Shown here: in pieces, positions 31,680-46,000 of the stretch | Numbering within the stretch: the first letter of the stretch is position 1 | Layout: the number at the start of each line of letters is the position of its first letter | Source: the human T2T-CHM13v2.0 reference genome, Homo sapiens | Strand: one strand, 5' to 3' | Length of the DNA stretch: 64,000 nt | Assembly: GCF_009914755.1 (NCBI RefSeq) | Contig: NC_060931.1 | Notes under the pieces: generated by a model | Seen by the model: only the letters and a program-made list of their open reading frames with translations | What the model was told of the DNA's origin: nothing | The model's database searches: none | Made by a program: the position numbers and the translations under genes

Positions 31680-32047
31680 GAAGAAAAAAGCAGAGTGTGA
31701 AAGTCCAAGGGCTTCTGTGCATGTTATTAGAAATGTGCATGTAGCTTGGAGTCTTGAGGCTGGACCTAGACATCTCTCTGCCTTGCAGATGCTCTTCCTG
31801 AGTTTGCTACCATCCTTTTTCTTTCTGCTTTGCTGTGGTGACATTCAGACATCAGACAATAAATGGGGTCTGTGCACATTAGGGGCAGTGGGTGGGTGAA
31901 GGCTGGAGGAGGCTGTGTCTCTTCTGGTAGAGCAGTCAGCGGAAACCTAAGTGAAGAAAGGAAAGAAGTCTGTACCCTTGAGCCCTGTCACACGTTAGAA
32001 AATGGAGACGGGCTTGAGCTGAGCACTCCTTGTCAGACCCCTTCAGG

Positions 32048-32471
32048 TGTTACTCACACAATGCAGGGGTTCAGTTGCTTGGTGGGTATCAACCCAATGA
32101 CCACAACCAAGGAGGATTTAACAATGAGATTTAAGTAAGGAGAACACCAGGGATGGTTCCCAAAGTAGTGCCTCTGAGCTGGGGACGGGTTAGGTTTTAT
32201 AAACGTCATGTAATGTGGATCTGATTGACTGGGTCCTGCCATGGGTGATGCCAGAGCTCAATCCAGTTGGATCCTGGATCCTGCCATGCAATGTCCGCTT
32301 CTTAATTCAATCCCTGCTCCTCAGTCCGAGCACTCCAGCTCCCCCTGTGGTTGCACACTAGTTCATCCAGGCATGCCCGGGTTATGTGACCTGAGGGTCC
32401 ATGGCAACTGAAAAACTACTCACAACTTTGTTACGTAAAAGTCGAACCAGATTGGCCTGGTGCGGCTAACA
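32048..32471 (-). mobile_element. LTR47-family solo LTR
   Basis: TG...CA termini. Minus strand begins TGTTAGCCGCACCAGGCCAATCTGGTTCGACTTTTACGTAACAAAGTTGTGAG and has ATGGCAGGA repeats. Confidence 0.8.
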
Positions 32472-32689
32472 TAGACAGCAGACACCACTCCACCTGCTCA
32501 GTCCGTCAACCTTCACATGCGGAATCTCACTCCTCACCTCCGGCTTCTGAGCCCGGCATTGACACAGACTCAGCCACGCCCATCCCCACGTCACTCAGCT
32601 CCCGGCACTTTCCCTGGGCTCCTCTTGCATCCTTGACCGACTGTCTCCAATTCCACACCTGGCTCCTCTATGTGGCAGAAGGACCCAGG

Positions 32690-33655
32690 CTGTCTCCAGA
32701 CCCTTTCTGTTCTCAGTCTGTGCTCACATGCTAGGGAATCTTATGCAGATTCATTTGCAACCTAAAAATCCCAATTACTTCCTGACAACTTCCAAATTTC
32801 CTTCTCCAGCCAACACCTCCCCTGACCTTCATGCTCATGTGTTCAGCTGCATTCCCACTCAGATGTCAAGCAGGCCCCTCAACTTTACTCATCTGAAAAA
32901 AAACCTCTTCATCTTTCCATGTAATTTTTCCCACCCCTGGTGTTCTTTCCCTCAGATGCCAGGGACAACAACCTTGGCATGCTTGTTTAGTCTTTGTTCT
33001 TCTTATTTTTTTCAGTTAGAAAACTCTCCCTTCTACCTTCCAAATGTTTCCCTGATCTGGCCATGTTCTACCACCTCCACCAGCACCTTTCAGATATGAG
33101 CCAGCTCTCCCTTCCTTCTCCTCTTGCCTCGATCCCTAATGCGGTAGCCAGAGTGACCCTTCCAAAACATCATCAGATGGTGTTACTCCTTTGCTGAGAG
33201 TGTCCAGCGTCTTCCAGTCTTATTTGGAATAGGTGTCCGATTTCTAAGGGAGGCCACTGCTAGGTCCTGCTGTCTGGGTGGCATATCTCTCCTTCTGCCC
33301 TCCCCGGCACTCTCTTCTCCACCTCGCTGGCTCCTTTGCACCCACCTCAGGGCCTTTGCACTTGCTGCTCCCGCACCTGCAGTGTGCTTCCCTAATGATG
33401 ATAAGGAGGGTTGTACACCTTCCTCTTGCACCTCCAGCACTGCCCCCACCCCTGCCTTATTTTCCTCCAGGTCACCTGTGACATGCTGACCAGTTTGCCC
33501 CTACAGCTGTCTGCTGGTAGTGTTCCTGCACTGGGGTGTGAACCTCATGGAGGTAGGAGTTTTGTCTCCTGTGTTCATAGCTCTCAGTCCGGCACCTAGC
33601 CTGGGCCTGGCACTTGGCAGGTGCTCCATAAGTATTTTTTGAATGAATGAATGAA
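32690..33655 (+). mobile_element. L2 (L2a-like) 3' region
   Basis: cctcagggcctttgcacttgctg...gcctggcact...tgaatgaatgaatgaa terminus. Confidence 0.8.
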
Positions 33656-34784
33656 CAGTCCTATAGGATTTCTGTTCAAGTTCCACTCCCAAATCACTTG
33701 GGAAGAAAAGAAACTTATAAAATGAATGACAATAATAGATGAATTAGAGTCAAGAAGTTGCATGCTTTGTAATAATCTATTGGCTGGTTTAGTTCCCCCC
33801 ACAGTGAGATTTTGTGGTTTGGTTGAGGCGGTGGTGACAGTGGCATGAGTGCTCTGATCATGGATTAACGTTCATCATTTCCTGAGAAGTCTTCAGCCCC
33901 CCCCCCGCCACACACACACTAAATCTACCTCAGCTCTGCTGGGGGGCTCCATCTTGGGGCGGCCTCCAGAGCTTAGCTCCCAACCTTGACTTTTCAGCAG
34001 TCTTCACATTTCCTTGGAACATATATTTGTGAGCTTCCTCTGGCCACTTGAATGATTCATGATTTTCCTTTGCAAGAGAAATTGACAGTGGTTTTGAAAA
34101 AAATATTCAAAGTTTTACTTCGACAGAAATATTATCTAAGTGTTGACCTACATATGATACCTTCCCATAATTGGTGCAACCTGGAACTATGCTTCCAATA
34201 TCAGTAAGAATATGTTGATATAAATAAAATGTGATGAAGCAAATAAATTCTGATGATGTAAAATAAAGTATTTATGGTAGAATAGCTGTGACTAGGGAAA
34301 GTGTATAGATTCATGTGTATGTTTATAGACATAGATGTTATATGTTTGTGGTGTTTTCTGGGTTATTTTAAATATTATGTTACCTATATTTGTCATTTAA
34401 TTCCACATATGGTGTTTTGCATTTTGTCAATTAATAGGTATTATTCTAAAAGGTTTTTTTTTGGCAAAATGATTGGTTGTTTAAAAAACTGATTGTTTCT
34501 AGGAAGATACGGATAAGATGTCCATGAAATCTTAGAGGTGGGGGTTAGAGATGTGGAGAGTGGGGACCTACTTCTGGAGTCTTTCCAGATGTTCCCCAGA
34601 GTCTTAGGAGCCTCTCCACCTGCAGTGGACAGAACAGGAGCCTCTCAGGCTGTACTGCTGACCTTCAGAGCACGGCAAATCCCGGTTTTATCCACCTCAC
34701 ATAGGAATAGCCACATATGATTTCTTTCTAATCATTGTGTTTGTGGCTGTGAATTTTGAAAAGCCTCAAGTTTCTTTAATTTTT

Positions 34785-36105
<1,321 letters not shown>

Positions 36106-36403
36106 GTGTGTTCCTAGGAACAGAGCTTCAGGAAGTTAAGAGCCAGGCGATTTGGTGGAGAATTGCGTGTTCTCTGCTGTGTGTTCAAGAACAAGCTGTC
36201 TTGCTTGGCTGGCTAACAGCGGAGCCAGGAGTAAAATCTGGGCTTCTGTATTTCCACAGCCAAGGGCTCTTTCTACTACTCTGCAATGCACAGAAGCAAC
36301 TGACATGATTGTTCTCTGTGTTTCCTGAGACTAATGAGAATAAATCAAAATCTTACAGATAAGTATGTGTGCTTCTAACCTATATCATTGCTATGTTTTC
36401 TAG

Positions 36404-36567
36404 GAAATTGAAAAGATATGGTCCTCGCCGAATCAGCTAAATTGTGAAAGTCTTAGCAAGAATCTTTCTAGCACCTTGGAGAGCTTCAAGAGCAGCTTGG
36501 AAAATGCCACTGGCCAGGACTGCACAAGCCAGCCGAGGCTGGAGACGGTGCAGCAGCACTTGTACAT
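36404..36567 (+). CDS. ABCA13: ABCA13 exon 21, 164 nt, phase 0 to 2
   Basis: gttttctAG|GAA acceptor and CAT|GTATGC donor. Encodes [54 protein letters not shown](M). Confidence 0.92.
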
Positions 36568-36763
36568 GTATGCTCTGATATTCTTTCATGCCCTCCCCAG
36601 TACTTCCATTCATAGAGAGGATGTCTAGGACTCTTTAAAATGTGAATTTCAGACAGTGGTCTGTATAATATACTCTTAATGTGCATATTAATATATATTT
36701 TCCAAACATCAAAGTTTTCCATGACAATTTTTGAGTGGTAAAATGTAACAGCAGCATTAATCA

Positions 36764-37464
<701 letters not shown>

Positions 37465-37935
37465 GCAAATATTTTTCAAATTACCTTCATGTTTGATCAA
37501 TTTTGCTTAGTGTTCTGAAAGTGTAAAGCACCAGAAGGGGAAATAAGGAACTTTAAATTCTGCAAATGACTTTTTCACTGAAAGAATGATGTTCATCTGA
37601 CCCTGGCTATCCTAATTTCTCGTACGTTCCATGATCTATCCTATCTATTCTCTTCACAGTTGTGAAAAGCCATTTATTATGCATCCTCATTCCCCTGGTT
37701 CATCTCGGTTGGCAGGAGCTCTGAGAAAGAAATACTGGAGTGTGGGTAGTATTAATGGATATTCACATACAGATGGTATTGGGAGACATGTGGGTCTAAT
37801 TGTTGCAGGAACTTTATGGAAATGTGATCTTGTTATCCAGTCCATCTCTTGGGAGCTGAGGCAGTATTATTCATTCCAACACTGTTTCTGATGTTTTAGC
37901 TTGCCTAATTTAGCTTTAATTTTCTGCCATTTTAG

Positions 37936-38015
37936 GTTGGCCAAAAGCCTCGAGGAAACTTGGTCATCAGGGAATCCCATCATGACTTTTCTCAGCAATT
38001 TCACAGTAACTGAGG
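37936..38015 (+). CDS. ABCA13: ABCA13 exon 22, 80 nt, phase 2 to 1
   Basis: ccattttAG|G acceptor and AGG|GTAAGT donor. Encodes LAKSLEETWSSGNPIMTFLSNFTVTE. Confidence 0.92.
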
Positions 38016-38397
38016 GTAAGTATGTGGTTTTCCAAGTTTGCTTGATTAAAAATTAAATTTAGTTTCTCATGCAAATATATTATTAAAATAAAACATACAA
38101 CAGAAAATTTATGCTATATGTGATACATAATCATTTACAACTTGGCTGGTATGATGTATTTGGCATTTATAAAGAAAGTCCTGAAATCCTAGGGTACCAT
38201 GTTGAAGCAGAGGAACAAAGAGAAGCTTCTGTGGTCTGGATTTTGCTCTGGCCTTGCCTCCTCGGACAAGCAATTGATGTCTGTGTGTCTCTGTTTCCTT
38301 GGCTGTTCACTCTGTCAACTCATGAAGCTTCTTGTAGCATTAACATGCCATGTCTGAAGAATTCTGGCAAATACTTAAATGATCCCTCTCTTCTTAA

Positions 38398-38832
<435 letters not shown>

Positions 38833-39069
38833 TAGAGAGAGTAGACCAGTAACCAGAAAATACCACAGAACCTGGCATTTTGGTTTATTGTCATATAAAT
38901 TATTTAAGTTATTCCCAGGGGAGTAAGGTATGACTTTATTTAGTGATTTATGGGTTGAATGGTGTGAAAGAAACTATCCTAGCCAGGTTGTAATATCAAA
39001 TTTTGTTTTCGCAGTCAGTAATGATCTAAACCTTTATTACACAAATTTCTTATTTTCCTTACTTTGCAG

Positions 39070-39191
39070 ATGTAAAAATAAAAGATTTGATGAAGAATAT
39101 CACCAAGTTGACTGAGGAGCTTCGCTCTTCCATCCAAATCTCGAATGAGACTATCCATAGCATTCTAGAAGCAAATATTTCCCACTCCAAG
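39070..39191 (+). CDS. ABCA13: ABCA13 exon 23, 122 nt, phase 1 to 0
   Basis: ttactttgcAG|AT acceptor and AAG|GTGTGG donor. Encodes (D)[40 protein letters not shown]. Confidence 0.92.
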
Positions 39192-41001
39192 GTGTGGTGC
39201 TGTTTCTTGTCTGTCTGTTTTGCTCATGGAAGGAGCCTTAGCCTGAAGTCACTGGCACTGTGTTGTCCTTTCTTCCTTCTTGCCTTCCTCTCCTTTGGCT
39301 AGTGTAGTGGGTTGCTGCACAAATGATATAATTGGAGGCAGAAAGGAAACAAGAGAACAAGCAAGGAACCAAAGGGTGTCATTGTCCCATGCCAAAATCT
39401 TAGGGTTTTTAATTCCATAATATTTTCTTTATTTGGAGTTAGAACAAAGTTGGTGATTATTTATTCTGTTGATTTCCAGCCCTGATGCATGACACCTGGG
39501 AAGGGTCTCGGCTTGATTCAGCAGGTGTTGCAAAATTCTTAAAATACCCAAAACCAAAAACAGCTAAAAATATCTTAAGAATCAACTATGACTTCCTCTG
39601 AGTGGAGAGTGACTGGGCACAGTCTGACTATGTGCTACCGTAGTGAATCACTGTGAACGCAAATGAGTAATGGCAGGCTGTGTCATCTCCAAGCTGAAAA
39701 ATGTGATAAAACAATCAAAGAGCTACTGCAACAAACCAAGGGATGAGTAACACATACGGGCCACATGGGGTATGGTTTCTCTGTGGAAAAGGGGAACGGG
39801 GACATCTCATGTTTTCCACAGCAGATATCACCTGGATCCTTAGCAGGAGATTTTCTGAGACAGCTTTCAGCACTTCTAGTTGGGGTTTTATCTTCCTGTA
39901 CAGAGAACCTTCCAGAAGTAGTAACCGTGGAGCTGACTCGTAAGTGAACGTTGCAATTGACCATCAACTGGGCCCCAACACACGTTTAATATCATGTCAA
40001 TTCTGGTTAATTGGGGCTTATTGCAAGCTTGACGGGTGGACTAATGAAGAATTAATCTAAATTAAAAAGAGATTAGAAGCTGGGAAACCAAAATTCAAAT
40101 GACAGTGTCACCAAGTTACTTATAATAAGGCACTTAGTATTTATCTTCAAGGAAAAATGTCAAATTCAGCTTATTAAACATGCAAGAGCCAAGGAAAGCA
40201 GGGGGCAGTGCTGAAATTGTCTCTTCCCTACCTCGCATGATGCCTTATAGAGAAACAATGAAGATTTTTGGTTTAAAATCTTTAGTTATTGAAACGAGTA
40301 ATAGGGGAAAGAAGCAGTGGAAGGAGTAATCGGAGCAGCTACCTGGGAATGTTTTAAGACCAGGGTCAGATTAGCTAACTTCTGGGGTCCCTTTCAAATT
40401 CAGTTTTATGATACTTTTTGGGTTTGGGCTCAACTGTTTTTGATGACCACTGCCTGATGAAACAAGTGGCCACTGGGTGTCACTGCTGTTCTATTATGGG
40501 AGGGCTGTGCACAGAGAAGGCTCCTGTGGTAATGTGGTATTGTCTTGTGTAGATGGTTCTGTAGTGCTTTTTTTGCACTCTGTGTATCTTTCTCTACCTC
40601 TTTGTCAGTATGAATCATTATGATCGCCTAAACAGCTGGACAGTTAAGTAATTGGGAGGAGTATTTAAAAAGTTGCATTCTTGCGTTTCAAATAAGTAAT
40701 GAGATTATTTGCTTTGATGGTTAAGTATATCCATAAATGCACATGTATCTACAGATCCTAGGCAAGGAATTAACATTAGGTTAGGAGGTGACACTTTGGA
40801 TACTTGTTTTTTCTAGATTGTCAGGTTTTTAGCAGCGCCATATTATTTCTAGTATCCTTTTCTTATCTTTCTTCCTGGGTTTCTCTACCATAGCTTTAGT
40901 CAGTTTGCAAATAATCACATCAGATTCTTAGTCCAGGCTGTTGGTGGCATGCAGGGAATACTCTTCAGTGGTGCTAAAGCCCTGGCAAAATTGCAGAAAT
41001 C

Positions 41002-41330
41002 TTCATTCATTCATTTCTTCCTTTATTCACTTAGGAGGTTTCTGCATGACAGGCATGGTCCCAAAAACTTGGGCTCAAAGCCCGTGCTCCAAGGGAGCCA
41101 ATGTTCTGTGGGGGATGACACAGTAAATATGCAAACAAACGAAGGTCAGTGTTAAGAGACCAGAAAGTTCTATCATGCAAATAGAACACAACAATGAGGA
41201 CAGGTGGTCCCTGGAAGCCTCCCTGAATCGGTGAAGATGGATGTCAGACTGGAATGATGATCTGCATATGAAGAGCTATATGAGAGTCACAGAGCTGGGG
41301 CATTTCTGTCAAAAGACCAGAGACAGGAGT
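41002..41330 (-). mobile_element. L2 fragment
   Basis: Begins with ttcattcattcatt. Confidence 0.5.
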
Positions 41331-42699
41331 GAGCAGAAGGAGGCAAATGCAGCAGATGCATGGATACCATCTCATTTTTCTTTCCTGCCCTCTTCCCTGG
41401 CTGCAGAGAACCTGCCATGGGCACCCACCCATGGGAATTTCCTTTTTCTTGCAGAGCTCTATTCTCTAATATCAGCATCACCCAATTAAAACCACAAATC
41501 ACAGGGGCTTCCTGGACACTGGAGCCCATCTAGCCCAGCCTTCTGTCCTGGGTTTGCATCCTGTCCACCTGCCCTGTGAAGCACCCATCCACTTCATGCT
41601 GTGTTCCTATGTTTTAGGCACATGTTCAAATCAACAATGACTTCCTTCTTTGTGTTGGGCCAAATTTTTATTCTTTTAAAATTAGCAATGAGGCCAAAGT
41701 GTCAGGACCCAAATAGATTGAGAGAGCAATCAAAAGTCGGCCCTCTGTCCCTTTATTTTCTGTGGTAAACAATTAGGCAGAGTTCAGAGGACTTTTGCTT
41801 GGAAGATGAATATTTTTTCACAGTCCTCAGTGGATTCATTCTCCCCGCGCCACAAATCTTAAGGAGGAAGGGAGAGGGCATTCCCTGAAAGTTCCAATCT
41901 CTTCTGGGAGGCTCCTTCAAATGGAAAGGTATTCTGAATTTTTTTTCTTTCTGTTTCTTTTGAGCAGAAATGATTGAGTTTGGTGAATCTGGTCAAATTT
42001 CCTTATCTCACTTGGGGCCGGTCCTGGGGGCTGGTTCTGTCGGTTGCGACATTAACAGAGCTGCTGGGCATAATTTATGGAGAGGGAGAGATTCCTTTTA
42101 GGAGTTTGGAAACATTACACATTCCACTTGTTTTAATACATGAAGTTTGTTTCCTGGAAAGCTCCAACAGATAGTTCTTGGTGAAACTCATTTCAGAGCA
42201 GACACTGGTCAAAATTTGCTCATTCTTTTTTTTTTTTCTTTCTCTGAAGACAAAAAGTAATTAATGTGTGACTAGAGTTATGGGTTTCTGGGATCATGAG
42301 AAGTTTGGCCTGAAGTTTCCTGGAAGACACCATCTGTCATGTGCAGAGTCTCATTCTAGAGAAAGTCCTTCCTAGGCCTTAGACTGCTTGTCTGGCTCTG
42401 TCACCACATCAGGAGATTGGGGTTTGTGGTCCTTGTAATCCAGGATTCACAGAATGAAGTGCACACACCCATCCACCACCATCTCATTCTCTGGTGTTCT
42501 TAGAGTAGGGCTTTTCTCTTTGATTTGTTTGATTTGTTGTCCTACCAGAGTATTCTCAGTAAATGTGGTAGGTTCTCATTAAACATTCACTAAAATAAAG
42601 TGAAATTCCAGCTACTCTCCTTCCATTAAGTCAGCTAGCGTTTCTTAGGTTTATGAAAGCCACGTTACCTTATTTGCTCATTAGGAATTCTGAGAAATG

Positions 42700-42860
42700 A
42701 GTATTGTGCTAAGGGCATTTGTGTCTCATTTAACTCCCTCTGAGCAGGGCATTTCTCTTCTTTCACAGATGAATGTGATGCTGTGGAAGTCACAGCTGGG
42801 AGAGGGCCTGAAATCAAACCCACGTCTTTGAACTTGAACTGTGTTATTCTTCCATCACAT
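42700..42860 (-). mobile_element. MIR fragment
   Basis: tctcatttaactc...tttcacagatgaa...gtcacagct. Confidence 0.5.
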
Positions 42861-43029
42861 GATGTTATTGCTTCAATTTGTTACAAATTAATAGTTCTAA
42901 GAAAATTACTGCTTGCCGATGGGTTTCCTCTTCTCCTACTTGCACTTATGTAAATATTTTTAAACCTTAATTCCCCAATTGGCATTGATCTCTGCAAAAA
43001 TGCTTCTTGCTAATTTTGGCAAAATATTT

Positions 43030-44437
43030 TTTCCTTTTTATTTTTAAAAATTAAACTTTTATTTTAGGCTTAGGGGTGCATATGCTGGTTTGTTATATAG
43101 GTAAACTCGTGTCAGGGGGTTTGTAGTACAGATTATTTCATCACCCAGGTATTAAGCCTAGTATCCAATAGTTATTTTTTCTGATTCTCTCCCTCCTTCC
43201 AACCTCCACCCTCAAATAGGCCCCAGTGTGCTTTGTTCCCCTCTTTGTAGCCATGTGTTCTCATTATTTAGCTCCAACTTATATGTGAGAATTTGCAGTA
43301 TTTCATTTTCTGTTCCTGTGTTCATTTGCTGACGATAATGGCCTCCAGCTCCATCCATGTCCCTCCAAAGGACATGACCTTGTTCTTTTTATGGCTGCAT
43401 AGTATTCCATGGTGTATATGTACCATATTTTCTTTGTCCAGTTTGCCCTTGATGGGCATTTAGGTTGGTTTCATGTCCTTGCTATTGTGAATAGTGCTGC
43501 AATGAACATACATGTGTAGGTATCCTCATGGTAGAATGATTTATATTCCTTTGGGTATACAGCCAGTAATGGGTCAAATGGTAGTTCTCTTTCTAGTTCT
43601 GTGAGGAATCGCCACACTGGTTTCCACAATGGTTGAACTAATTTACATTCTCACCAGGAGTGTATAAATGTTCCCTTTTCTCTGCAACCTCATCAGAATC
43701 GGTTACTTTTTTGACTTTTTAGTAATAATCATTCTAATTGGTGTGAGATGGCATCTCATTGTGGTTTTGATTTGCATGTCTCTAATGATCAGTAATATTG
43801 AGATTTTTTTCATATGCTTGTTGGCTGCATGTATGTTTTCTTCTGAAAAGTGTCTGTTCATGTCCTTTGCCCACTTTTTAATGAGGTTGTTTGTTTTTTT
43901 CTTGTAAATTTTTTTTAAGTTCTTTATAGATACTGGATATTAGACCTTTGTCAGATGCATATTTTGCAAAACCTCCCGTTCTGTAGATTGTCTGTATACT
44001 CTGTTGATAGTTTCTTTTGCTGTGCGTAAGCTTTTTAGTTTAATTAGGTCCCATTTTTCAATTTTTGCTTTTCTTGAGTTTGCTTCTGGCATCTTCATCA
44101 TGAAGTCTTTGCCCATTCCTATGTCCAGAATAGTATTACCTAGGTTGTCTTCCAGGGTTTTTATAGTTTTGGGTTTTACATTTAAATCTTTAACCCATCT
44201 TGAGTTGATTTTTGTATAGCATAAGGAAGAAGCCCAGTTTCAATCTTCTGCACATGGCTAGCCAGTTATCTCAGCACCATTTATTGAATAGGGAATCTTT
44301 CCCTATTGCTTGTTTTTGTCAGGTTTGTCGAAGATCAGATAGTTATAGGTTTACGGCCTTATTTCTGGACTCTATTTTCTATTAGTTCCATAGGTCTATG
44401 TGTCTGTTTTTGTGCCAGTACCATGCTGTTTTGGTTA
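43030..44437 (-). mobile_element. 5'-truncated L1PA (PA13-15-like), about 1.4 kb
   Basis: Primate L1 3' UTR and ORF2 end: tttatggctgcatagtattccatggtgtatatgtaccat; ggttgaactaatttacattc. Confidence 0.92.
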
Positions 44438-45059
44438 ATTGGATATTCTTTCAAGGTGTTTTTTGATATCAAATTCTGATACTTTAATTTGCAAAGTATC
44501 ATTTTTTTCTCTCAACTTCATCAGTCACCAAAAGATGAGAGTATCTTTTATATTTTCATCCAAGTCGTTAGTGCAGAAAGATTACCATGGCATAGGAAGG
44601 TATAACCTAACACCTATTTATTTGTTTGGGCTCTTAAATCAGTTGCAACATGTCTGTCTGGGGTGTCTTGGTAATTTATTAGCCTAATAATTTCATCATT
44701 AAAAGAAAATGACTTTATATTGACATGGCTCATTGATCATGACTGTATCGACATGGTTTCCAGCAATTTTCTTTTTCTTCAAGGGCTTACACATAATCTT
44801 TTGGATAATCCATGATTAGAATTCTTCAAGAATTGACATTATTATCTATTAGTAATTTCTAAAGTCTACTTTACAAAATAAAACCTGGATAGTTTTTATT
44901 TCCATCACGACTTCTTAAAAACTGTAGATAGTAGAACTGTCACTCTTTCTGAAGGCATGAAGAGGGAACAGGGAGAGAGGGAACTGGAAATGGAGACAGA
45001 GAAGTTGGTGGAGAAGGTGGCCAGACAGCAGCCATGGCCTCACTGAAGAACTACAGCCA

Positions 45060-45490
45060 GGCTGAATGGTAGTTCTCTTTAGGTTCTTTGAGAAATCCCC
45101 ACACTGCTTTCTGCAGTGGCTGAACTAATTTACATTCCCACCAACAGTGTATAAATGTTCCCTTTTTCTACAATCTCACAAACATCTTTTATTTTTTGAC
45201 TTTTTAATAATAGCCTTTCTGACTGGTGTGAGATAGAATCTCCTTGTGGTTTTGACTTGCATTTCTCTAATGATCAGCGATGGAACAATAGACATGGGGG
45301 ACTACTAGAGGGGGACTACCAGATGGGGAGGATGAGAGGGGGAAAAAGAGTTGAAAAACCACCTATTGGGCACTATGCTCACTACCTGGGTGATGTGATG
45401 GTTCATACACCAAACCTCAGCAACACACAATTTACCCAGGCAACAAACCTGCATGTACTCCGTAAACCTAAAATAAAATTTGAGAAAAAA
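45060..45490 (+). mobile_element. 5'-inverted (twin-primed) L1PA insertion
   Basis: Antisense segment 45060-45280 joined to a sense 3' UTR 45280-45490 ending in AATAAA and an A-tail. TSD aagaactacagcca / aggaactgcagcca. Confidence 0.85.
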
Positions 45491-45789
45491 AGGAACTGCA
45501 GCCAAATGATGCCTGCCTTACTGGGCAAGGACACCATTGGCACTGCCCTAGAGGCCAGCTGCCAAGATGCTTATCCACAGATCTCCTAGGCATCCTGTTT
45601 TACCCTTCCAGTGTGAAGATGTTTCTCTTTAGGAATATGAAAACCAAGAAGGAATTAATTAGTTCTCTTAAGTGTAATCATCATCCTTAATCAATAAACC
45701 CACCTAATTCTTATTCATCTTTTCCCTTAAATATCCTGTAAGTCAAAACTGTGCTTTTGCTGGCAGTGACTGATAGGCTTCTTAGTAGT

Positions 45790-46000
45790 AACGTCATTTT
45801 TGAGCACTTATATACACTACCCCTGAGCTGAATGCTTTACATCTCATTTAATTCTCCCAACAACCCTTTGGAGCCCTTTGTCTTTTATTGTCATCCCTGG
45901 TTGTATAGACAAAGAAACTGAAGTGTGTAGATGTTAAGCAGCTTTCAGGAAGTCAGACGGTAAGAGCTGGAGTCAGGATCCACCACCTTGCCACAGTGTG
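45790..46000 (-). mobile_element. MIR
   Basis: tgctttacatctcatttaattctcccaacaaccct...agaaactgaag. Confidence 0.7.
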
